Assembly: GCA_963733035.1 (NCBI GenBank)
Contig: CAVTBU010000006.1
Coordinates: forward strand, 736,001-800,000
Reading direction: 5' to 3'
DNA: 64,000 nt
Source: Pirellulales bacterium
GTDB lineage: Bacteria; Planctomycetota; Planctomycetia; Pirellulales; PALSA-1355
The position numbers and the translations under genes are program-made. Numbering within the stretch: the stretch's first letter is position 1; each line of letters opens with the position of its first letter. Below the pieces are notes generated by a model that was given only the letters and a program-made list of their open reading frames with translations, searched no databases and was not told the origin of the DNA. Below are positions 47,804 to 60,302 of this stretch, in pieces.

Positions 47804-48131
47804 GGGCGATCCCCAGTATCTGGTTGACCGTCTTGCTGAACGCTTCCCACTCGACCCGGAGCGTCTCGAGGTAGCGCTTGCCGTCGGCGGTCAGATGGTA
47901 GTGTTTACGTTTGCGGCCCTCGGGCGAGGTCTTCCACGTGGCGCGGAGATAGCCCCGCTTTTCCAGGCGATGGAGCGCGGGGTAGAGCGTTCCCTCTTGA
48001 GCCAGCAGTTGGCCGCCGCTGGCTTGTTGGATGGCCCGGACAATCTCATAGCCGTAGGTCGCGCCGGCGGCGATCAGTTCCAGAACCACCGGTTCGAGCG
48101 CTCCGCGCACCAGGTCAGGGTTTTGCGCCAT
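47781..48131 (-). CDS. PadR family transcriptional regulator
   Basis: YGYEI, EGTLYPALHRLE, RKHYHLTADG. Confidence 0.92.
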   Translation of the reverse strand: MAQNPDLVRGALEPVVLELIAAGATYGYEIVRAIQQASGGQLLAQEGTLYPALHRLEKRGYLRATWKTSPEGRKRKHYHLTADGKRYLETLRVEWEAFSKTVNQILGIAHVAVVCG

Positions 48132-48152
48132 GGTTGAATCGACCCTTTGAGA

Positions 48153-48208
48153 GCATGGTACCTTGTGTGGCTAGGTGTCAAGATACATGGCTAGGCAAGG
48201 TATGTCAA
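48153..48208 (-). promoter_or_regulatory. Sigma70-type promoter with two 19-bp imperfect palindromes (candidate PadR operators)
   Basis: Minus strand TTGACA-17nt-TATCTT; boxes TACCTTG-tgtgg-CTAGGTG (48159-48177) and TACATGG-ctagg-CAAGGTA (48184-48202). Confidence 0.7.
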
Positions 48209-48348
48209 GCCGATTGCGAGAATGTTCGTATGTTGCATGCGAGGGCGCGGAGGAAATCTGAACCCCGCGCCGGCGTGGCGCCGAGCGGCTTTCGCCCCTC
48301 CGGGGGCGAGGAGGTTTGCGAACTCCGGCCGTGCCGAACCGCGTCGCG

Positions 48349-48834
48349 TTACTTCCCCTCCCGCTCGTGCAACTCGGCGTGCTCTTTGGCATCGTGCGGG
48401 CGGTTATCTTGGCCAGGCGACGCGGTGAACTCGATGCGGTCGACGAATTTGACATTCGCGCATTCGTCGATCTCGGAGGTGTGGCAGGCGGCGAAGTCTT
48501 GAATGTAGAACCGCACCGGGCCGCCGGACTTCTCGGGCAGCGGTTGGCCTTCCAGGCGGTAGATCAGAAACGCCCGGTCGCGTACTGCATCCAAAGGAAT
48601 GCTGGCGTGAAAGTCGTCGCGCGAGGCATGCAGCGTCAGGTACTTGGCGGACGGTCTCGGTTGAACCAGCGCCAACAGCCCGGCCAACGTGATCGCATCG
48701 CCTTTCCGCTTGGGATCCATCTGGCTGACGTCCTGCAGCTGATGCTCGGCCGGAAAGTCCGACAGTTCGGCGAATGTAAACGTTCGCGGCGATTCGACGT
48801 CGCCTTCAATCGTTAGCGCAGGAGAATGTGACAT
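48349..48834 (-). CDS. Small molybdopterin-oxidoreductase-like domain protein
   Basis: LTIEGDVE...FTFAEL; YRLEGQPLPEKSGGPVR; NVKFVDRIE. Confidence 0.7.
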   Translation of the reverse strand: MSHSPALTIEGDVESPRTFTFAELSDFPAEHQLQDVSQMDPKRKGDAITLAGLLALVQPRPSAKYLTLHASRDDFHASIPLDAVRDRAFLIYRLEGQPLPEKSGGPVRFYIQDFAACHTSEIDECANVKFVDRIEFTASPGQDNRPHDAKEHAELHEREGK

Positions 48835-48844
48835 AGATTGCGCC

Positions 48845-50143
48845 CTAATCGTCATATTTCTTCATGGGATCTGGGATTTCTTCAAGCAATTCGGCCCGAT
48901 CGACTCGAGTTAGGACAAATAGCTGCGTGGCATCAACGATCTTTAGACGTTTTTGATTTGTGTCGTAGTATAGAAAGGGCGGATTGACGTCGTGTTGCAA
49001 TGAAGGAAGGCGTGTCAGTAAATGAGTAATATCGCCGGTACGAATAGTTTCCTTGTCCTGCCGTCGATGCAACCCTCGGATCAAAGTCAGTAAATGGTCG
49101 CGGCGAATACCTTGCCGTAATTCCTCAAGTGGCGCAGTGAGTATTACCTGTGCCAAATAGTACGGAAGCGTGAGGGAATCGTCGTGATCGACGCGGCTTC
49201 GGCTGGCAATTCCGTCGAGAACTTTTACGAGGCGGCCTTTGTGCCCTTCGACGGTCATGGCGAACGTCTTTTCAACGGTTCCGTCGTCCTCTAACACCTT
49301 CCTATTGTTCAAAGTCTCCACCACATCGTGGAGAGCGCAATACGTCTTCAGAAAGTCTTGAAGCATCCCGACGTTGCCGTATGCACTCGTGCAAAACGTT
49401 AACTGTATTTCACTTGGGATTTCGCAGTTAAGCTGCCGACATCCCACTTCGATTACGCGCAAGAAGTCTTCTTCCTGCCATGGTTCGACCGGAACCTCCG
49501 AAATACGACCTTGCAGGTCGCCATTGTGCACGAGAAGTAGGTCGGATTCCTGCCATATCCCGAGAATAATGAAGCGAAGAGAAACCTCGTGAAAAGCCTT
49601 GAGATCGAACGCTACGAGCTTCTGCGTCTCCAAAGGCAGGTAATGGAAGTTTTCAAGCACAATTATCTTGTCAAATTTGACGGCCTGCAGGAGCTCGCAA
49701 ATTGACTGCGCCTCAGCAAGATCATGGCCAACGAATTCGGTCGTGAGGGTTTTCTGACGCGCTGCTTCAGTGCCCATTTCGAGGTCCGTCTGCGCTCCGC
49801 CGATCCAAGGTATGACCGCTTTGAAACTCCAAGTGCTCTTGAGGCTTCCCTTGGTAGCGTCCGATTGCGACTCAGACATTTCGAGGCGCACGCCAGCGTC
49901 TCTTAGCACCGACTGGTAGATGGTTTCCGTCGTGGTTTTGGGACCGCATCGAACGATGACGCACTGGTCATCCGATACGTGTTTTTGTCGTAATGCTGTC
50001 TTTCCCTGCTTTGACGACCCATAGATTACAATGTGGTTTTCCGTTCGAAGTGCGGTTGTAAATCGACCATCGACCTTTGGACGCTCGACGTAACTGAGGA
50101 CTGGGTGCGGTGATATCCCGAATACCTCTTCGAGGCGTGGCAT
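48845..50143 (-). CDS. Uncharacterised P-loop NTPase (AAA+/STAND-like) with probable C-terminal winged helix; AT-rich
   Basis: Walker A IYGSSKQGKT; Walker-B-like IIVLENFHYL; C-terminal LYYD...LKIVDATQLFVL; visibly lower GC than its neighbours. Confidence 0.75.
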   Translation of the reverse strand: MPRLEEVFGISPHPVLSYVERPKVDGRFTTALRTENHIVIYGSSKQGKTALRQKHVSDDQCVIVRCGPKTTTETIYQSVLRDAGVRLEMSESQSDATKGSLKSTWSFKAVIPWIGGAQTDLEMGTEAARQKTLTTEFVGHDLAEAQSICELLQAVKFDKIIVLENFHYLPLETQKLVAFDLKAFHEVSLRFIILGIWQESDLLLVHNGDLQGRISEVPVEPWQEEDFLRVIEVGCRQLNCEIPSEIQLTFCTSAYGNVGMLQDFLKTYCALHDVVETLNNRKVLEDDGTVEKTFAMTVEGHKGRLVKVLDGIASRSRVDHDDSLTLPYYLAQVILTAPLEELRQGIRRDHLLTLIRGLHRRQDKETIRTGDITHLLTRLPSLQHDVNPPFLYYDTNQKRLKIVDATQLFVLTRVDRAELLEEIPDPMKKYDD

Positions 50144-50241
50144 GATTGGCGTTTCCTGTTTAGGTTGCATCCACGTTTTTGCGCACAAATCGCAATCGGA
50201 TTCTGTAGCCCAATTACGCGTCCTGCAAGTCAATATGTCGC

Positions 50242-50280
50242 AAAAAACGGGTGCCGCCCCCTACCAGGACGACACCCGTT
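50242..50280 (-). terminator. Intrinsic terminator after nrdJ
   Basis: aacgggtg...cacccgtt stem with a T6 run on the minus strand. Confidence 0.7.
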
Positions 50281-50324
50281 GTATCGAACGCGGGTTGCTC
50301 GCGGGCCTCCGGCCCGACAATCCT

Positions 50325-53342
<3,018 letters not shown>

Positions 53343-53503
53343 AGAAGAATAGCTCCCTGCTAGAGACGTCCGTGTGGGCATGCGGTCAATGTACGTCCGT
53401 ATACTAGTCTCGGGTTTCGCTGGCCACAAACCTGAGACTACATCCGTGTATGCGAGCTTCCTGCTGTTAGACCACCCGATGGCGGTAGAAATCGGCGCTC
53501 AGT

Positions 53504-53550
53504 ACACTAGATATTGTAGCAGATGCCCTCAATACCACAATATACGGTGC
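53504..53550. promoter_or_regulatory. Tandem NrdR boxes
   Basis: acaCtAgATaTtGtag (53504) and ccaCaAtATacgGtgc (53535) match acaCwAtATaTwGtgt, 31 bp apart, upstream of nrdJ. Confidence 0.88.
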
Positions 53551-53881
53551 ACGGGAGCCAAATCTTAATCAAATCCGCAGGCGAGTCAATCACGCGCAAG
53601 ACTGTTCGGAACGCCTTGCAACAGCGAAAGTTGAGTGCTTTATACCCCTGCGGACGGGGGCTTTTAACAAAGGGCTCACACGGGCCAGCGAGCCTTGTTT
53701 TTGCGGGCAACTCGACATTTCCGAGCGTGCAACAAGAGATTGCTAGCAGCGGCGAAAAATTTTCAGAAATTTTCGCCGGCCAAATTCCCGTTTGCGACAA
53801 GCTAGGCAGCCCACGCGGACGTTTAGTGAAGCTGGGGCGCGGCGCTCATAACTGCTTGTCGAATTGGTGCTGGTAGCGCGG

Positions 53882-56800
53882 CTAGTCGAAGTCGACTTCG
53901 AGGGAGAAAATTTCCGGTCGGTCGCTGATGTTCCAGTCGTTGTTGATCTGCAGCACGCCCTTGGAATCGCGGGCAGCCGCTTCCGTGACTTGAGAGCCTG
54001 ATGCGTTGACCTCCTGCAGGTGAGCGAGCGGCTTGAGCTCGGCCACACCTGCGTCGGTGACCTGGGTGTGCAAGATCTGCAGCCTCCTGAGTTCTGGGAG
54101 GCTTTTTCCGATGAGTTTGAGAGCTCTGTCGGTGATCTTGGTATCGGAAAGATTCAGATTAGTGAGTTGTTTATTGCGTACGATGATGTCAATACCCGCA
54201 TCGTCGACCGGGTTGTTTTCCAGCGATAGCGACGTGAGCGTCGTGACCGGAGCGAGTCCGCGACCCTCGATCTTGGCGCCAGTGATCACCAGCGTCTTGA
54301 GCTTGGGGAATGCCGCCAGGGTCGCAAGCCCGGCGTCGGTCACTTGCGGAGCCTGGTAAAGGGACAGCGACTCAAGGTTCGTGAGCGCCTTGAGTTTCGT
54401 CAGGCCTTCGTCGGTGATGGCCGGGTCGGTAAGTAGGAGGTGCCGTAGCGAAGTCATCGTGCCTAGGGCTGCCAGGCCTTGGTCGGTGACTTGCAGCTTG
54501 CCAGAGAGATGGAGCCGCGCGAGCGCTGGGAGCCTGCTGAGCTCGATCAGGCCGGCGTCGGTGAGTTGGCACTCGAACAGGTGCAGCGACTTCAGTTGCG
54601 TGAGCTGCGACCAGCCGGCGATCATGCGGTCGTTGATTGCGCCACTGTCCTCAGATGCGCCGGGTGCAAACTTGCCATACACTGTGAGGTTCGTGAGGTT
54701 CGGCAACTTGCCGATTGCGTGCAAGCCCTCGGGTGTGACGCGGCTCGTTTCCTGAGAACTTTCGAGCCTGAGCACCTTGAGGTCGCTGAGGTTGGCAAGG
54801 TGTGAAACGCCGGTGTCCGTGGCGGCGGTCAGGTTGGTCGTCAACTGCTTTAGTTTTCGAAGTTTGCCGATGCGGGCGAATGCTTCATCCGTGGGTTCAA
54901 TGCCCCCGGTTGCGAGCCGTCTGAGCCGCGGCTTATTCTCCAGGCAAGTGAGGTCGAGCTTGGCAAACGGTTGGCTCTGATTGAGCTGCAGACTCTCGAG
55001 CTGACTGAGAGGCGTCAGTTCAGCCAGATTCTCATCAGTGAAGTTGCCGAGCAGCGAAAGCTCTCGCAGGTTTTTGAACTGCGCAAGGGTGACTTTTCGT
55101 CCGGCCTTGCCGCCCAACGACGGCAACTCGGTCATGATGCTCAGACGTTCGAGCTTCGGGAGTTCGGCCAACACATCGAAGGCGGCACCTTGATCGGGCT
55201 TGAAAAACACGCCGAGCATCGTTTCAGGTCGCACGTTGCGCACAGCTCGCAGCTGGGCGATGAGTTGCTCCTCGTTCAGGTCAAACCGGTCGTTGATGAC
55301 AATCGATTCTAGGTGCGGCAAATCTGCCAGCGGCAACGGCTCGGCAAGCGGCTGAAAGCTCGGGTCAAAGTTGGCGTACAGCTGGTGGCCGCCCACGGCA
55401 AAGCGAGTGACGCGAAAGCCGAGCTGTTCGAGTTGCTGAACGACTTCCGTTGTTGAATTCTGCGCGGCGTCCGGTTGGGCCTTGATTTTTTCCGGTGGAG
55501 AATCTGCGGCTTTTGGTACGCGCGTTTCGGGCGGGGGATTGAAGAAGATCTGCGCCGCGTCGATCGGTTGAAACTCACCATCGAACATGCCAGCCCGAGA
55601 TTGAGGAGCTCGGGAATCGGTGGACCAGATCTTCAGCTCCCGGCGGGCATCGAGCAGCTTTTCGATCGCCCCTACGGTCAGCCTTGTCCCGCTTGCATTG
55701 AGTTCCCGCAGGTTGCCACGATCTTGTAGCGAGTTCAGGCCTTCGTCGGTAATATCCGTTCGCGCGAGATTGAGCCGGCTAAGTTGCGGCAAGCGGCCAT
55801 TCAACGCGGCGAGACCTCGGTCGGTGATCTTGGTACCCGAAACGTCGAGTTCAGAAAGGAGTTTGAATGGCGCGATGGCTTCGAGCCCCGCGTCGGTGAG
55901 CGGACTATTGGTGAGGTTGAGGAGACTAAGGCTGCGACAAACTTTCAGGGGGGCTAGGCCGGGGCCGGTGACCTTCGATCCGATCAGAACAAGTGCGCCC
56001 AGCTCGGGTGCCTTGCTCAGTTCGGCCACGCCAACATCCGTCACTTGCAAGGGACCTTCAAGCTGTAGGCAGTAGAGAATCGGCAGGGACGCCAGGTTTT
56101 TGATTCCAGCGTCGCCGATCGCGCAGGAATCGACGATCAACATCCGCAGGCTGACGAGGTGGTTCCAACCGGCGAAGGATTCGTCAGTCAGTAGCAGCGG
56201 AGTCTGTTCGGGCGATGTCTTCCCGCTAACCATGAGCATGTCCAGTTTTGTCAGCGCGCTGAGCGCGGCAAAGCCAGCCGCCGATAGATGTGGCGGCGCC
56301 TGGCTGGCCACCAGCACCAGCGTGCGAAGCTGGCCGGCGCGTGCGATCGCAGCCAGACCGGCATCGGATAACCGATCGACACGGATATTCAGCTCGCGTA
56401 GCTTGGACCGCGCACCAATTTGCGAGGCACCGGCGTCGCTGGGTGCGTAACCGCCTTCCATGCTCAACTCTTCGAGGTCGGACATGCCCGCAAGGCATTT
56501 AAGGTCCAGCGGGGCGGGCGGGCGCTTGTGGTGGCCGCCGAGGGAGAGCGATTTCAAGTGCACCAGCGGTTGAAGCCGATCGATCCCCTCGGCGGAGAAT
56601 TCACCCCTGGCGCCGAGTTTCTCGAGCGTCGTCATCGCGGCGATCTCCGGCAAATCGGCGTCGGTTGCCGAGAGGCTCAGGGATTTGAGCGACTTGAGCT
56701 CATCAAGTTTGAACGGTCGCGACATGCCGTCCGACCAACGAATCGCAAAGTCATCGCCCGTGCACTGCAGTGACAGCTGAGTGAGGTTGGGAATCTCCAC

Positions 56801-58299
56801 CAACGCATCCAGTCCGGCCACATTTTCCGCGGAGTAGTTGACGATCAGTTGTGTAGACGCGGGCAGTTCGCGCAAGCGCGAAGTTGCACACGCAGACGCT
56901 CAGCCGACGCGGGGGGATCAGGAAATTGGCCGACCGTGACACTGGTCAGAATGCGGGCGAGCGGAGCCAGCGGCAGCGGAGCATCGCCAGGATCAAACGA
57001 TGATCGTAGCGTTAACATTCGCAGAGCCTGCATTTCGCCGAGATTGAAGGCCCTCCCAAATCCCCAGGCAAGTCCCCGTTTGCTGATCTCCTGCATTGCT
57101 TCCACTTCGGCGGGCGTGGGAACTTCATTGACGACTTCCGGTGCCGAAGCGATTGGCAACTGCTCTTTCGGCTCGGGGGTGTCGTCGAGCGTCGGAGTTG
57201 TTGACGTGGCGCGGTCCTTGGGCGGCGCCGCGGTCGTAAATCGCCAGCCGGCTCCCGGCAGCACGACCAGCAGCAAGGCGGCGGCGATGAGCCATGCGGC
57301 GAAAGGCGAGCGGCGCCGGAATGCTTTGGCATCCAGCACGTGCCGCACTCGCGCTGTCGTCGCAGCCGTACTGCGCATGCCCGACCAGAACACGGCGGGC
57401 ACGAGTTGCTGCCGCCACTGCAGGATCTCCACCAGCAGCCGCGCGTAGTCGACCGGCCGGCAATTCAGTTCGGCCAGCACGGCTTCGTCGCACGAGCGCT
57501 CGCGCTCGACGCGCGCCTGGCGATTGGCCCACCACACGGCCGGATGCCACCACCACAGGCATTGCACGGCCAGTTGCAGGCTACCCGCCAGCGGATCGAA
57601 GCGGCGGAGGTGCACCAGTTCGTGCGTCAGGATTGCGTCGAGTTCGCCGGGCTGCGATTTTTCCACCAACTGGCGCGGCACGATCACCGTACCACGCCAC
57701 CAACCCATCGCCGCCGGTCCGAGCACTTCGCCCGTCACCAGCAACCGAACGGGCCGCGCGGGACCAAGCTGTCGTCGCAGTTCGTCAAACCGCCGTATCA
57801 ACGGAGTTGGGGCCTGTTCGGCGGTGCTGCGAAGCCGGCGCAGGAGTGACAACCAGCCGACGACCAGCCACATCGCCAGAGCCGCGGCGCCAATACTCCA
57901 GGTGAGCAGAAGCATTGCAGCGACGGAAAGCTGCCGCGCGATTGGTTCCGTGCGAACGACTTGCGGCTCGACCGCCGCTGGGGGCAGGGGATCCGGCGCC
58001 GGCGTGAAGGCTGTTGCCGACATCGCGATGGGTGCAGGTGCATTCGGCAATCGTTCGCCGACAACGGTGGGCTGCTCGGCGACAGACTCGCACAATGCCC
58101 AACTAAACGCGCCAGTTGGACTACTCCAAACTGGCGGTGTGGCGGCTTTGACCACGACCAGCATCCATAGCAGATAGGCCAGGTGCGGCCGCTGGCGGCA
58201 CGTCACCTTGGCTACAAGGGCCACCGCCGCGGCCAGCGCCGCCAGTTGCCAGGTCTGCGTCCAGGCGAGACGCACAAAGTCGTCACTTGCCGCTGGCAT
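53882..58299 (-). CDS. BlaR1/MecR1-type M56 metallopeptidase fused to two LRR modules (~1470 aa); apparent frameshift at ~56876
   Basis: ORF 56845..58374 has TM segments, HELVH, WWHPAVWW and ERERSCDEAV. ORF 53882..56875 is LRRs. One added base gives QLRALRELP, which parallels QLRAVRNVRP in the second module. Confidence 0.85.
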
Positions 58300-58678
58300 G
58301 GCCATTACCCTCCGATTCGTCGATGAGTGTACGGAGTTTTTCGATGTCGTCACCAGTAAGCTGCCGGTCGGCAATCAGGTGCTCGACCAGCGGCAATGCC
58401 TCGCCGCCAAACAGCCGATCGACCAGATCGGCGAGCGTTTCGCGAATCACCTGCGCCGGCCGGACGCGGGCGGTGAAGACGCTGGTCTTGCCGTCGCGCC
58501 GCGACTGCAGGTACCCCTTGGCTTCGAGCCGCCGCAGATAGGTTTGCACGGTCTTGTAGTCGAGTTCGCGCTCGGCCGGCAGCGCTTCGAGCACCTGGCG
58601 GACGGTGGCCCCTCGCAGGTCCCAAACAATTCGGGCGATTTCCAATTCAGCCTTGGAGGCGGCGGCGCGCTTGGCCAT
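58283..58678 (-). CDS. BlaI/MecI/CopY family repressor
   Basis: SKAELEIARIVW...ATVRQV...YKTVQTYLRRLEAKG...LVDRLFGG; overlaps the M56 gene start. Confidence 0.92.
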   Translation of the reverse strand: MAKRAAASKAELEIARIVWDLRGATVRQVLEALPAERELDYKTVQTYLRRLEAKGYLQSRRDGKTSVFTARVRPAQVIRETLADLVDRLFGGEALPLVEHLIADRQLTGDDIEKLRTLIDESEGNGHASGK

Positions 58679-58709
58679 GCGTTTCATGCTCGCGGTGGAG
58701 TTTCGCTTC

Positions 58710-58755
58710 GTCGTACGTTTGAAAGACATGATATCGTACATTTGTACGACGTCAA
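58710..58755 (-). promoter_or_regulatory. Promoter containing a BlaI-type operator
   Basis: Minus strand TTGACG-[TCGTACAAATGTACGA]-TATCAT. The 16-bp spacer is a palindrome with the TACA-NN-TGTA core. A weaker second box lies at 58710-58727. Confidence 0.85.
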
Positions 58756-58879
58756 GCTCGGGACTCGGTTTTTACCCATCGTTATCAGCTCACCGCGCGC
58801 GGAACATCGATTGCACTCTGCCGTCGGACTGTTAGCTTGATTGAGGCAGCTACAACCTCTTTCACGAAGGGAGCCCGAC

Positions 58880-59911
58880 ATGGAGCGGCGGAATTTCTTG
58901 CGCGGGGCAGCCGCGGTGGCCGGCGCCGGAGCCTTGGCTGGTCGCCAGGGCGCCACGGCCGATCAGCCGACGTCCAAACCGGACGGTGCCAAGCCGTCGC
59001 CGCCCGCCCAGCACGTGCCGATGCGAACCCTCGGACGCACCGGCGAGCGGATCAGCGCCATGGGGTTGGGCGGCTTCCACATCGGCACGCAAAAAGATCC
59101 GGCCGACAGCGTGCGGATCATTCGAACCGCGATCGACGGCGGCATCACCTTCCTGGACAACTGTTGGGATTACAACGGCGGTCAAAGCGAGACTCGCATG
59201 GGCCGCGCCCTCCGGGATGGCTATCGCGAGAAAGCTTTTCTGATGAGTAAGTTCGACGGCCGCACCCGGAAGTTGGCCGCCCAGCAAATCGACGAGTCGC
59301 TCAAGCGTTTGCAAACCGACCGCATCGACCTGATGCAATATCATGAAGTGATTCGGCTGGAGGATCCCGACCGGTTTTTCGAGGAGGGGGGAGCCCGCGA
59401 AGCGCTTGATGCCGCCGTGAAGGCCGGCAAGGTGCGCTACGTCGGCTTCACTGGGCATAAGGATCCGCTCGTGCATTTGCGGATGTTGCGAATGGCCAAG
59501 GAGCGCGGCTATCGCTTTGACGCCGTGCAAATGCCGCTCAACGTGATGGATGCTCACTTTCGCAGCTTCGCCGTCGAGGTGTTGCCCGTGCTGGTCGAGC
59601 AAGAGATCGGCGTGTTGGGCATGAAGCCGCTCGGCAGCGGCGACATCCTGAAGACGAAAGTCGTCACGCCGATCGAATGCCTGCACTATGCCATGAACCT
59701 GCCGACCTCGACCGTGATCACCGGCATCGACAGCATGCCGGTCCTCGAGCAGGCCTTCGAGGCGGCCCGCACGTTCAAGCCGCTCGGCAAGCAGGCCCTC
59801 GCCCAGTTGATCGAGCGCACCAAGGCAGCCGCGCTGACGGGCGAGTATGAAAAGTTCAAAACCAGCGCCAGGTTTGACGCCACGGCCCGCCACCCAGACT
59901 GGATTGGCTAG
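58880..59911 (+). CDS. Tat-exported aldo/keto reductase
   Basis: ERRNFLR Tat motif; GLGG, LDNCWDY, SK, SLKRLQTDRIDL, GFTGH, MKPLG. Confidence 0.92.
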   Translation: MERRNFLRGAAAVAGAGALAGRQGATADQPTSKPDGAKPSPPAQHVPMRTLGRTGERISAMGLGGFHIGTQKDPADSVRIIRTAIDGGITFLDNCWDYNGGQSETRMGRALRDGYREKAFLMSKFDGRTRKLAAQQIDESLKRLQTDRIDLMQYHEVIRLEDPDRFFEEGGAREALDAAVKAGKVRYVGFTGHKDPLVHLRMLRMAKERGYRFDAVQMPLNVMDAHFRSFAVEVLPVLVEQEIGVLGMKPLGSGDILKTKVVTPIECLHYAMNLPTSTVITGIDSMPVLEQAFEAARTFKPLGKQALAQLIERTKAAALTGEYEKFKTSARFDATARHPDWIG

Positions 59912-59929
59912 TTTTTTTCAGCAGCCTAG

Positions 59930-60248
59930 GCCACCGCGGGGAAAGGTCGTTGAGTATTTGCATCATAGCGCTGTACTTGTCCGCGTGAATGCCATTGAGG
60001 CAGCCGGGCGTCTGGCAAGAGAGGATGAAAGCCTAATTGGAATTATCGCTCGCGAAGCAGCTCGAGAAGAGAACACCGTTAAGTTGCTAGGCAATACAAC
60101 AGTCGGTCATGTCGCAGTAGGATGCTTGCTCCGAATTGGGAATCCTTCGGCGACGCTAGCTGCCGGGAAGCTGATCGAATCATGGCCGGCATCCGAAAGA
60201 AGTGAGTTGATGTGGTATCTAAAAGCAGAAGGCTTGCTTCAAGAGTAG
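59930..60248 (+). pseudogene. AT-richer 5'-truncated gene remnant (HEAT/ARM-like helical protein)
   Basis: Open frame VEYLHHSAVLVRVNAIEAAGRLA...YLKAEGLLQE* without a convincing start or RBS; lies between the AKR gene and IS66. Confidence 0.4.
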
Positions 60249-60302
60249 ATGTGGAGAAGCCGCCGCTCTTTTGAGCGGCACCGGAAGATGTCGATGGAAC
60301 TG

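Noticed and set aside
53343..53880. Cobalamin riboswitch upstream of nrdJ
   Set aside because: No B12-box or GGGAA/GCCACUG elements seen; the region is explained by NrdR boxes
58862..59893. Long antisense ORFs (also 50142..51467, 51636..52775, 16226..17323, 4105..5094, 29268..30311)
   Set aside because: They are shadows of real high-GC genes on the opposite strand, with no motifs or RBS
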